From: Dehalococcoidia bacterium
GTDB lineage: Bacteria; Chloroflexota; Dehalococcoidia; UBA6926
Reading direction: 5' to 3'
Assembly: GCA_009841045.1 (NCBI GenBank)
Contig: VXMO01000028.1
Span: 2,916 to 66,915 of the forward strand
Length of the DNA: 64,000 nucleotides
Under the pieces are notes generated by a model. The model did no database searches, had not been told where the DNA came from, and saw only the letters and a list, made by a program, of their open reading frames with translations. Positions 32,613-40,770 of this stretch are shown here, piece after piece. The position numbers and the translations under genes were made by a program. How positions within the stretch are numbered: the first letter of the stretch is position 1; every line of letters begins with the position of its first letter.

Positions 32613-32870
32613 CTAGCTCAGGCCGAGGGCAGCGCTGAGTTCCTTGTCGGACGGCTCAGCCAGAACACGCCCGCCGGGCAGGACGATAGTCGGAACAACC
32701 TGCATCCCGTTGTTGAGGTGCCGCACGGTATCTGCCGCCTCGGGCACTTCCTCGATGTTGATCCAGGTGTACTTAACGTTGTGCTTGTCCAGCAGTCGCT
32801 TGGAGCGCGCGCAGTCCGGGCACCACGTCGTCGCGTACATCAGGATTTCCGCTTCGGTTTGCGTCATGTC
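32613..32870 (-). CDS. glutaredoxin-like protein (NrdH/mycoredoxin type, CPDC active site)
   Basis: MTQTEAEILMYATTWCPDCARSKRLL...VPTIVLPGG (CxxC plus cis-Pro TVP). Start at ATG 32870. The ORF-track N-extension is unlikely. Confidence 0.7.
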   Translation of the reverse strand, partial: DMTQTEAEILMYATTWCPDCARSKRLLDKHNVKYTWINIEEVPEAADTVRHLNNGMQVVPTIVLPGGRVLAEPSDKELSAALGLS

Positions 32871-32932
32871 TATTCTCCTTGTTGGCTTGGGCTGGTGCTT
32901 TCTCCATATCCAGTGTAGTAGGAGAGGCAACT

Positions 32933-33880
32933 CTAGATATCCGCCTCCGCCCCTCTGCCCTGTTCAATTGCGGCGCGGTACACGTGCGTCGCAAGCGCAA
33001 CATCCCACAGCCCGATGCCGTGCGACTCAAAGAGTGTGATGTCACTGTCTGAACGACGGGCGGACTCACCACCCGCAACGATATCCCCAAGCTCCGGGAG
33101 TCGCGCCAGATCAACGATGCCGCGCTCGATGGGTTCCTGCAGGTCGCCGCTCTCAATCGCGGTCTGTTCGCGGTCGTCGACCACGATTACATCCGCCCTT
33201 CTAACGGCCTCCATATCAATCTCGCGCCGCAACAGTGAGTTCGACCCAATCGCGTTCACATGCGCCCCCGCCTTGAGCCACGCGCCCTCCAACACCGGCG
33301 ATGACGCGTTCGTCGCGGTAATCACGATGTCCGCCTCCCCAACAATCTGTGCGTTATCGACCGGCTCTACCGGAACCCCTACCCGCTCACTCATTCGCTC
33401 CGCAAACGTCTTGCGTCTGTCCTCATCTCGACCGTAGGCGAGCACCCGGGACACATTTCGCACTGCGCACACCGCAGAAACCTGTGTCCGCGCCTGCATG
33501 CCGGTTCCGATGATCCCAACGGTCTGCTCTGCGTCCTCCCGCGCCATGTACTTCGTCGCGACGCCGCTGGCCGCGCCCGTGCGCAGCGTGCCAAGCCAGT
33601 TCGCCTGGATAATCGCCGCGAGCTTGCGCTCGGTCATGTCGTAGAGAAGAACGTGGACGGCCCCGGCGGCATAGAACGCCGTCTTGAATCCCAGGAATCC
33701 CGTCTCGGCGTCTCCGCCCGGCATGATGGCAAGTGCCCCGTGCGGAGCGCGGAGACGGCGGCGCGGGTCGTTCACCGCCCTGCCCGCCCCCTGGCTCTTA
33801 TGAGCGCTCTCGAGCGCCGCGATAGCGTCGTCCATTGTTGAGAGATCACGAACATCCTGTTCAGTGAGTAGTAAGGGCAC
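32933..33880 (-). CDS. ornithine cyclodeaminase/mu-crystallin family protein
   Basis: 315 aa. Rossmann GIIGTGMQAR and other OCD-family blocks. Confidence 0.75.
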   Translation of the reverse strand: MPLLLTEQDVRDLSTMDDAIAALESAHKSQGAGRAVNDPRRRLRAPHGALAIMPGGDAETGFLGFKTAFYAAGAVHVLLYDMTERKLAAIIQANWLGTLRTGAASGVATKYMAREDAEQTVGIIGTGMQARTQVSAVCAVRNVSRVLAYGRDEDRRKTFAERMSERVGVPVEPVDNAQIVGEADIVITATNASSPVLEGAWLKAGAHVNAIGSNSLLRREIDMEAVRRADVIVVDDREQTAIESGDLQEPIERGIVDLARLPELGDIVAGGESARRSDSDITLFESHGIGLWDVALATHVYRAAIEQGRGAEADI

Positions 33881-34046
33881 GCAACACCTCCACGTTGACT
33901 TTCATGTATGGTACGCGGACTGTCCGCCAAATTGACACGCCCGAAGCGCGAACGGACAATAAGACGACGCGCCGCCGGATGAACGGACAGCGCAGTAATT
34001 GCCGCCTGACGGCGTGCGGCGTTTAAGAAAGCGGGGGAGGCAGACA

Positions 34047-35441
34047 ATGGCCAAGGCGCGGACGATTGGGGAATTGAGGGAGAGCGAATACCGCGTTCTT
34101 AGCGTCAAGGACGAGCTTCGCAAGAACCTCGTGGCGCGGATTCGGACGGGTGAGGAACTCTTCCCCGGGATCGTCGGCTATGAGGAAACGGTTCTGCCGC
34201 AGATCGAGAACGCCATCCTCTCCGGGCAGGACATCATCCTGCTTGGTGAGCGGGGTCAGGCCAAGACGCGTATCATTCGCGCGCTCGTCGGCCTCCTTGA
34301 TTCCGAAGTGCCGGTCATTGAGGGCTGTGAGATCAATTGCAACCCCTATGCCCCCACATGCCGTTCCTGCCTTATCCGCTTCGAGGAGGAGGGTGACAAG
34401 ACCCCTATCGCCTGGCAGCCCCGCGAACGCCGTTACGGCGAGAAGCTCGCCACACCGGACATCACCATTGCGGACCTCATCGGCGAGGTCGACCCCATCA
34501 AGGTGGCCGAAGGCCGCTATCTATCCGACGAGTTCACCATCCACTACGGCCTCATCCCCCGGACCAACCGCGGCATCTTCTGTATCAACGAGCTGCCCGA
34601 CTTATCGGAGCGGATACAGGTCGGCATGTTCAACATCATGGAAGAGCGCGACGTGCAGATTAAGGGCTACAAGGTTCAGCTCCCACTGGACCTGTTCCTG
34701 ATTGCGAGCGCGAACCCGGAGGACTACACCAACCGCGGGCGGATCATCACCCCGCTCAAGGACCGCTTCGGCGCGCAGATTCGCACCCACTATCCCAAGA
34801 CGCTCGAACATGAGATTGAAATCATGGACGCGGAGCGTGAGCCGATCGCGGACGTGGGCGTGAACCTGACCATGCCTTATTTCATGAAGGAAACCGTCGC
34901 CGAGTTCACGAATCTTGCACGCAAGAGCGGCGACGTGAACCAGCGCTCCGGTGTCAGCGTCCGCGTGTCCATCGGCAACTATGAGACCATCTCCTCCAAC
35001 GCCGTGCGCCGAGCCCTCCGCCTTAAGGAGAAAGAGGCCGTGCCTCGTGTTAGTGACATGGCCTTCTTCCTCACATCGACGGCCGGCAAGGTTGAACTGG
35101 AAAGCGTGGAGGAGGGCCGCGAGCCGCGCATCATCGAGGATCTGACCAAGCGCGCGGTTCTTAACACGTTCAATAATCACTTTTCCACCAATGAATTCGA
35201 CGCCATCATCCGCCGCTTTGACGAAGGTCTGTCCATTGATACCGGCGACATGATTCCGTCGAAGGAGTTAGCCGGCTGGCTCAAGGACCTGCCGGAGCTG
35301 AAGGACGCGGCCAATCGACTAGACGTCAAGCGCTCGGTAGCGGCGCAGGCGTCGGTCGTGGAGTTCGTGCTGGATGGGCTGCACCTGAGCAGGAAGATCA
35401 ATAAAGACCGACACGAAGGTGGCTACCGCTATCGAGGCTGA
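34047..35441 (+). CDS. ChlI/BchI-family AAA+ ATPase (Mg-chelatase-like)
   Basis: ATG at 34047 follows GGGGGAGG. Degenerate Walker A GERGQAKT, Cys-containing insert, NRGIFCINE (Walker B) and NPEDYTNRGRIITPLKDRFG (sensor-2 block), all in BchI order. Confidence 0.7.
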   Translation: MAKARTIGELRESEYRVLSVKDELRKNLVARIRTGEELFPGIVGYEETVLPQIENAILSGQDIILLGERGQAKTRIIRALVGLLDSEVPVIEGCEINCNPYAPTCRSCLIRFEEEGDKTPIAWQPRERRYGEKLATPDITIADLIGEVDPIKVAEGRYLSDEFTIHYGLIPRTNRGIFCINELPDLSERIQVGMFNIMEERDVQIKGYKVQLPLDLFLIASANPEDYTNRGRIITPLKDRFGAQIRTHYPKTLEHEIEIMDAEREPIADVGVNLTMPYFMKETVAEFTNLARKSGDVNQRSGVSVRVSIGNYETISSNAVRRALRLKEKEAVPRVSDMAFFLTSTAGKVELESVEEGREPRIIEDLTKRAVLNTFNNHFSTNEFDAIIRRFDEGLSIDTGDMIPSKELAGWLKDLPELKDAANRLDVKRSVAAQASVVEFVLDGLHLSRKINKDRHEGGYRYRG

Positions 35442-35449
35442 GTAAGCTC

Positions 35450-37498
35450 GTGGCGCCCATCTACCGGTTTTCTCGTTGGGACGGTACGCAGCTTCTCGAC
35501 GAAGCAGCCGATGAAGCCCTCCTGGACGAACTCATGGACGATGTCCTCGCCCGAGGGGACATCGACTCATCCCTCCGCTCAATCATGCGGCGGGGCACAC
35601 ACCCGCGTGACAGCGATGTCGATGTGCAGGGCATGGACGATATGCTCCGCCAGCTGCGCCAACAGCGGCAGGACATCCTCCGCAAACACGACCTCGGCAG
35701 CCTGCTGGATGATCTCCGAAACAAGCTGAAAGAGGTTATCGAAACGGAACGTCAGGGTATTCAAGAGCGTGTGTCCGCGGCAGAGTCCGCGATTGAAAAT
35801 CCCCCACCCGGCATAGACCCGGGAACCGCTGCCCGCCTCGCCGAACGCGTCAAGGACATGGCGCAACGGAATGAGGCAACCCTGAATGCCCTGCCAGACA
35901 ACCTGGGCGACGCCGTCCGGGAACTCAATGACTACGAGTTCATGGACCCGGAGGCGCAGCGGCTTTTTGAAGAGTTGAAGAACCTCATACAACAGCAGTT
36001 CGTCGATCGGCAGTTCTCTGACCTGCGTGAGAATCTTGAAAACATCACGCAGCAAGACCTAGATGCCGCCGCGCAGATGATGCGGGAACTCAACGGCATG
36101 CTGCAGAGTCACATCCGCGGCGACGAGGAAACGGGCTTCGATGAGTTCATGGAGCGGTGGGGCGGCGCGTTCGGTGAGTCGCCGCCGCAGGACATCGAGC
36201 AGCTCATCGACCAACTCCAGGATCAGGCCGCGCAGGCGCAGTCCCTCATGAGCAGCCTCTCACCGAGCCAGCGTCAACAGCTCCAGGACATGATCTCCGG
36301 CATGTTGGACAACCCTCAACTCGCTCAACAGATGGCCGAGCTGCAAACGAACCTTGACATGCTTCGCGTTGGCGGCGAATTTGGGCGCCAATTCAGGTTC
36401 AGTGGCGATGAGCCAGTCGCCCTGCAGGACGCCCTCAACCTGATGGACGAACTGAACCGCATGGACAACCTTGAGGACGATCTCAAGAAGGCTCTTTATG
36501 GCGGCGGCAGCATTGACCAGATCGATACCGAGCGCGTCAGTGAGATCCTCGGTGAAGACGCGGAAGCATCGCTGGAAAAGCTGCGTCAACTAGCCGAGCG
36601 TGCCGTCGAGGAGGGGCTTCTGCGAACGTCGGATGACGGGTCGCACGAGTTTACCGCGCGAGGCATCCGCAAGATTGGCGAGAAGGCGCTGGCCGAGATA
36701 TTCGGCTACCTGCGGCGAACATACACAGGCCGCCACACCGCCCGAATGCAGGGACGGGGCGGCGAGCCGACAGAGGCCACCCGGCCCTACCAATACGGCG
36801 ACGAGTTCAACGTCGATCTGCGCCGCACCGTGCAGTCGGCGGTCATGCGCAGCGGCAATGGCGTGCCGGTACGGCTTGAGGCGGACGATTTCCAGGTGCG
36901 CGAGACGGAGGAATTGGCGCAGGCGTCCACGGTGCTGCTGATCGACCTCAGCCTGTCCATGGCGATGCGTGGCAACTTTGTGATGGCAAAGAAGGTCGCG
37001 TTGGCGCTGGACACCCTGATCCGGACGCAGTTCAGCCGCGACAGCCTCTACGTGGTGGGATTCTCAACCTACGCGCGGGAGATGAAACCTGAGACGCTCG
37101 CCTACCTTAGCTGGGACGAGTTCGAGCCGTACACCAACATCCAGCACGGCCTCGTCGTCGCCCAAAAACTGCTGGCGCGGCATGCGGGCGGCAACAAGCA
37201 GATCATCATGGTATCGGACGGAGAGCCGACGGCCCACATCGAGAACGGCCGCATCTTCCTCCAATACCCGCCAAGCCCGCGCACAATCCAGGAGACCCTG
37301 AAAGAGGTGTCACGCACCACGCGGGCGGGCATCTCCATCAACACGTTCATGCTGGAGCAGAACCCATACCTGATGGAATTCGTGGACCAGATCACGAGAA
37401 TCAACAAGGGCCGCGTCTTTTACACGTCGCCGGAGCGGCTTGGCGAATACATCGTCGTGGACTACTACACCAACCGCCGCCGCTCCATCATCTCCTGA
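35450..37498 (+). CDS. VWA-domain protein (ChlD/CobT-like architecture: helical N-terminal region, acidic linker, C-terminal von Willebrand A)
   Basis: C-terminal MIDAS motif VLLIDLSLSM...SDGEPT. Long Gln/Glu/Asp-rich coiled-coil-like N-terminal part. The start is 9 nt after the ATPase stop. Confidence 0.7.
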   Translation: MAPIYRFSRWDGTQLLDEAADEALLDELMDDVLARGDIDSSLRSIMRRGTHPRDSDVDVQGMDDMLRQLRQQRQDILRKHDLGSLLDDLRNKLKEVIETERQGIQERVSAAESAIENPPPGIDPGTAARLAERVKDMAQRNEATLNALPDNLGDAVRELNDYEFMDPEAQRLFEELKNLIQQQFVDRQFSDLRENLENITQQDLDAAAQMMRELNGMLQSHIRGDEETGFDEFMERWGGAFGESPPQDIEQLIDQLQDQAAQAQSLMSSLSPSQRQQLQDMISGMLDNPQLAQQMAELQTNLDMLRVGGEFGRQFRFSGDEPVALQDALNLMDELNRMDNLEDDLKKALYGGGSIDQIDTERVSEILGEDAEASLEKLRQLAERAVEEGLLRTSDDGSHEFTARGIRKIGEKALAEIFGYLRRTYTGRHTARMQGRGGEPTEATRPYQYGDEFNVDLRRTVQSAVMRSGNGVPVRLEADDFQVRETEELAQASTVLLIDLSLSMAMRGNFVMAKKVALALDTLIRTQFSRDSLYVVGFSTYAREMKPETLAYLSWDEFEPYTNIQHGLVVAQKLLARHAGGNKQIIMVSDGEPTAHIENGRIFLQYPPSPRTIQETLKEVSRTTRAGISINTFMLEQNPYLMEFVDQITRINKGRVFYTSPERLGEYIVVDYYTNRRRSIIS

Positions 37499-37516
37499 CA
37501 CTTTCACCTCACCCCA

Positions 37517-37533
37517 GCGAATCTGGATTCGCA
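37517..37533. repeat. short perfect hairpin GCGAATC-TGG-GATTCGC
   Basis: Seen directly. It is the first of three consecutive hairpins in this intergenic region. Confidence 0.4.
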
Positions 37534-37545
37534 GAGCCATTTACC

Positions 37546-37572
37546 TCATTCCAGCGAAAGCTGGAATCCATC
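37546..37572. repeat. dispersed palindromic element, family A copy (ATTCCAGC-GAAA-GCTGGAAT)
   Basis: Matches 11488, 52452 and 53848 copies. Same conserved flanks CATTC...GAATCCATC, GAAA loop, stem with compensatory changes. Confidence 0.6.
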
Positions 37573-37580
37573 GGGCCTCC

Positions 37581-37604
37581 TATTCTGAGCGCAGCGAAGA
37601 ATCC
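37581..37604. repeat. dispersed element family C copy (ATTCTGAGCGCAGCGAAGAATC)
   Basis: Identical 22-mer also at 44105-44126. Confidence 0.55.
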
Positions 37605-37693
37605 GAAAACACCTTTACCAAGGCTCTTGACATGCGCATTTCATGCTTACACAATTACATCAGTTATAGTAATTGTGTTTGGAGGTAACGGCG

Positions 37694-38356
37694 ATGGCGG
37701 AGTCGCGCGGAGACAGGAAGCAGCTCGTTGAGGACATCGACGCGCTGGCGCTCCTCGTTGAGCAGGCGGTTCGAGAGGCAGTTGTCGGCGAGGCGACGCA
37801 GGAGGACATAGACGCGCTCACGGCGAAAGTAGGTGAGGCGGTCCGGTTCGCAGCCGGCGGCGGCGATATCCGCCCGGTCGATGCAGACGCGCTTGCGAAG
37901 GCGATTCTGGAGGCCGTCCGCGAGGCGTACCACGAGGTTCATGCGAACGGCAGGACATTCAATCTGAACTTCGAGGGTCTGGACGATAAGGTCAAGGATG
38001 CCGCACGCGCTGCGGCGTCCGGTGGGGAGGCGCTCGCGGAAAAGCTGAGCCAGGCCCGCCACGGAGCAGCCAACGTGGCGGGGGAAGTCACTGGATTTGT
38101 GCGCGGCATGACGCGAACGGTTCAGCAAGTAGGCAGGAAGAACGTTGTCATGGTGCGGATGGACGATGACGCCCTTGACCACCTGACTATGCTGATCGAC
38201 GCCGACCTCTTCGCCAGCCGCTCCGAGGCAGCGGCGTTCCTGATCACCGAGGGCATCAAGTCCCGCTCAAAACTCTTCAATCGTATCCACGAAAAGATCG
38301 CCGAAATCCGCAAAGCAAAAAGTGACCTGACGGCCATTCTGGAAGAGGAAGAGTAG
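37694..38356 (+). CDS. hypothetical protein with a C-terminal ribbon-helix-helix (CopG/Arc-like) domain
   Basis: ATG at 37694 follows GGAGGT. The C-terminus VVMVRMDDDALDHLTMLIDADLFASRSEAAAFLITEGI has the beta-strand, helix, helix pattern of RHH. The N-terminal 150 aa are Ala/Glu-rich and helical. Confidence 0.55.
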   Translation: MAESRGDRKQLVEDIDALALLVEQAVREAVVGEATQEDIDALTAKVGEAVRFAAGGGDIRPVDADALAKAILEAVREAYHEVHANGRTFNLNFEGLDDKVKDAARAAASGGEALAEKLSQARHGAANVAGEVTGFVRGMTRTVQQVGRKNVVMVRMDDDALDHLTMLIDADLFASRSEAAAFLITEGIKSRSKLFNRIHEKIAEIRKAKSDLTAILEEEE

Positions 38357-38358
38357 CA

Positions 38359-39807
38359 GTGTACATTCGACTGACACGTAAGAAGCACACATCCGACAGA
38401 CCGGGCGTCACACTGACAGCCGGCGCTGTGACCGCGGCCCGTGCAGTGGATGGCACTCAGATTCACAAGTACGCGTATGAGGCTAGGCCGTATGAGGCTA
38501 GGCACGGATTTGCGGCCGAGGACGCCAACCACAGAAACGACATTCTGCGCGGTAGGCCCGCCACCATCGTCGGCACGGACAACAAGCCCAACGGCCCTGA
38601 CCGAAAGGTGAACGGCGTGCTGATCCAGTCGAAGTATTGCAGGACTGCATGGAAGAGCGTCGACTCGGCGTTTGATAAGTGCACCGGCATGTATCGGTAT
38701 GCGGGTCAGGTGCTAGAAGTGCCCAAAGACCAGTTTGACGATGCCGTCCAATACATGGCACGGCGAATTGCCGAGGGCAAGGTGCCGGGCTACAGCGACC
38801 CTGCTGATGCTGTCAAGGTGGTCAAGCAGGGCTCCGTCACTTACCAGCAGGCGAAGAATATAGCCCGCGCAGGTAATCTGGACTCCCTTATCTTCGACGC
38901 CAAGACGCAAGTCGTCAGCTGCCTGTCGGTGGCAGGCATCTCCTTTGTCATAACTTTTGCACGGAGCAGGTGGAGCGGCCGTAGCAACAGGGAGGCTGCT
39001 TGGGATGCCACCAAGTCCGCGGGGCTAGGCATGGGCGCGACGATGGTGACAGGTGTGGTAACGGCCCAACTGTTGCGTACCCCTTTGCCGTCGACTATTG
39101 CCGAAACGCTGACACGCTTGCCAGTGCAGAGGCAGATTGCGCGCGGCCCGATTGCCAGCGTTTTTCGCTCTACTCCGCTCGCCACGGCGATTTCGTTCGG
39201 TATCACGAGCGCGCCGGACTTCTACAGGGCGACACTAGGCCACACCATTTCCAAGCAGCAACTCGCAAAGAATACGTCCATCAACGCGGTGGGCACGGCC
39301 GGAGGATCGGCGGGTTGGGTGGGTGGCATGTACGTTGGTGGCATCATCGGCACAGCAATCCCCGTCCCGGTTGTCGGCACTGCGGCCGGAGCGCTGATGG
39401 GCGGCATTATCGGCTCTCTCAGCATCGGCATGGGAACATCCGCCCTCGCCCACAAGGCCGCAAGTAGAGTCATTGCCGACGATGCTCAGAAGCTCATCGC
39501 CATCATCGAGACGGAACTCGGCATTCTCGCCGAGGAGTACCTCGTATCCGAGGACGAACTCGCCGAGATCGTCAACACAATTGGCGGCCGAGCGAACACC
39601 ACTTGGCTCCGGCGGCTCTACAGAGAAACGCGACGCGCCTCGGATGATGCCGCTGAACGTGATCTTATCCGCGCAGAACTGGAACCCGAGTTTGAGGCTG
39701 TCGGTAAACGGCGCCAGCGCATCACGCCTCCTGGAGAACAGGAAATCAGTGTAATCGCGTTGACATCAGATCCGAGGGATTCTGCGCCAGACATGGCGCT
39801 CGCATAG
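38359..39807 (+). CDS. hypothetical 482-aa protein with a central glycine-zipper hydrophobic segment
   Basis: GTG at 38359, 3 nt after the previous stop. GTAGGSAGWVGGMYVGGIIGTAIPVPVVGTAAGALMGGIIGSLSIGMG is a GxxxG zipper. The N-terminal 230 aa and C-terminal 100 aa match no domain I can recognise. Confidence 0.45.
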   Translation: MYIRLTRKKHTSDRPGVTLTAGAVTAARAVDGTQIHKYAYEARPYEARHGFAAEDANHRNDILRGRPATIVGTDNKPNGPDRKVNGVLIQSKYCRTAWKSVDSAFDKCTGMYRYAGQVLEVPKDQFDDAVQYMARRIAEGKVPGYSDPADAVKVVKQGSVTYQQAKNIARAGNLDSLIFDAKTQVVSCLSVAGISFVITFARSRWSGRSNREAAWDATKSAGLGMGATMVTGVVTAQLLRTPLPSTIAETLTRLPVQRQIARGPIASVFRSTPLATAISFGITSAPDFYRATLGHTISKQQLAKNTSINAVGTAGGSAGWVGGMYVGGIIGTAIPVPVVGTAAGALMGGIIGSLSIGMGTSALAHKAASRVIADDAQKLIAIIETELGILAEEYLVSEDELAEIVNTIGGRANTTWLRRLYRETRRASDDAAERDLIRAELEPEFEAVGKRRQRITPPGEQEISVIALTSDPRDSAPDMALA

Positions 39808-39863
39808 GATTGTGTGCCGCGCGAGCCGCATGGAGGCTTTCTCCCTCTCCTTGCCCGTTCCCC

Positions 39864-40178
39864 CTATGGCAGCGGTGAGAACGGCAGGGGTTGCAGGATG
39901 TGATTCGTGATGTGGGAGACCGTCTCGCCGTATTTCTCCATCGACTTTGGCCATTCGGGGTCGGCATAGAACGCGCCCCACGCCGCCTCCCGCGCATCCC
40001 AGCTCTCCCACGCCAGCAGATAGATTACCCGGTGGGGAATCCCCACCTCCTCGCGCCAATACCCGACCGCGCGGAAGCCGTGCCGCTCGAACATTTTCGC
40101 CGTCACGGTCGCGAACCTGTCAATCAGATCGTTGATCCGTGACGTATGCGCCTCGTACTGCCTCAGTTCATAGAACAT
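39864..40178 (-). CDS. NIPSNAP family protein
   Basis: 104 aa starting MFYELRQYE..., with the characteristic NIPSNAP fold signature. Confidence 0.7.
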   Translation of the reverse strand: MFYELRQYEAHTSRINDLIDRFATVTAKMFERHGFRAVGYWREEVGIPHRVIYLLAWESWDAREAAWGAFYADPEWPKSMEKYGETVSHITNHILQPLPFSPLP

Positions 40179-40220
40179 GGATTTACCCCCAATTGTTGAC
40201 GCTGTGGCACACCTTTCGAC

Positions 40221-40664
40221 TTACTCAGTCGGATCAACGGGCAGGCCCGCGCCGGTCGCCACTTCCCACAGGAATCCGTCGGGATCGGCAAAGTAGCCAG
40301 CGTAGCCGCCCCAGAATGTGTCCGCAGCAGGTTTAGCGATGCGCGCCCCGGCTGATTCCGCCTGCGCGATGACAGCGTCCACCTCGGCACGCGACGCCAC
40401 GTTGTGCGCTATTGAGAAGCCATGCAATGCCGGCTGAGGAGTTCCTTTGAATTCCGGGTGGCCTATATCCTCGGCCAGGTCGTCCCGCGAATACAGGGAG
40501 AGCATGATGTCGTTCAGTTCAAAGAACGTAATCTCATCCCCGCCCGCGTCATGCACGGGAAAGCCCAGCCCGTCCCGATAAAAGACTGTCGAGCGCGCCA
40601 AATCCGAAACGCCGAGAGTGATGATGCTGATCCTGGGTTCCATCCGACCGTTTTCCTCCGTCAA
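40221..40664 (-). CDS. VOC (glyoxalase/bleomycin-resistance) family protein
   Basis: Paired beta-alpha-beta-beta-beta modules (ISIITLGVSDLARSTVFY...). Probable start at ATG 40643. Confidence 0.65.
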   Translation of the reverse strand: MTEENGRMEPRISIITLGVSDLARSTVFYRDGLGFPVHDAGGDEITFFELNDIMLSLYSRDDLAEDIGHPEFKGTPQPALHGFSIAHNVASRAEVDAVIAQAESAGARIAKPAADTFWGGYAGYFADPDGFLWEVATGAGLPVDPTE

Positions 40665-40726
40665 TTGGCCTCTTGCTCACGTGAGCGTATCGCCGCACTG
40701 CTGAGGGCTGCAACAACATTTTGACT

Positions 40727-40770
40727 CCCTCTCCCTCGGGGAGAGGGCTAGGGTGAGGGGGCTAGCCCCC
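40727..40770. repeat. dispersed element family D copy (CCCTCTCC-loop-GGAGAGGG plus GGGGG-CTAG-CCCCC)
   Basis: Near-identical to 53881-53915. The second hairpin contains the priA stop codon. Confidence 0.55.
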
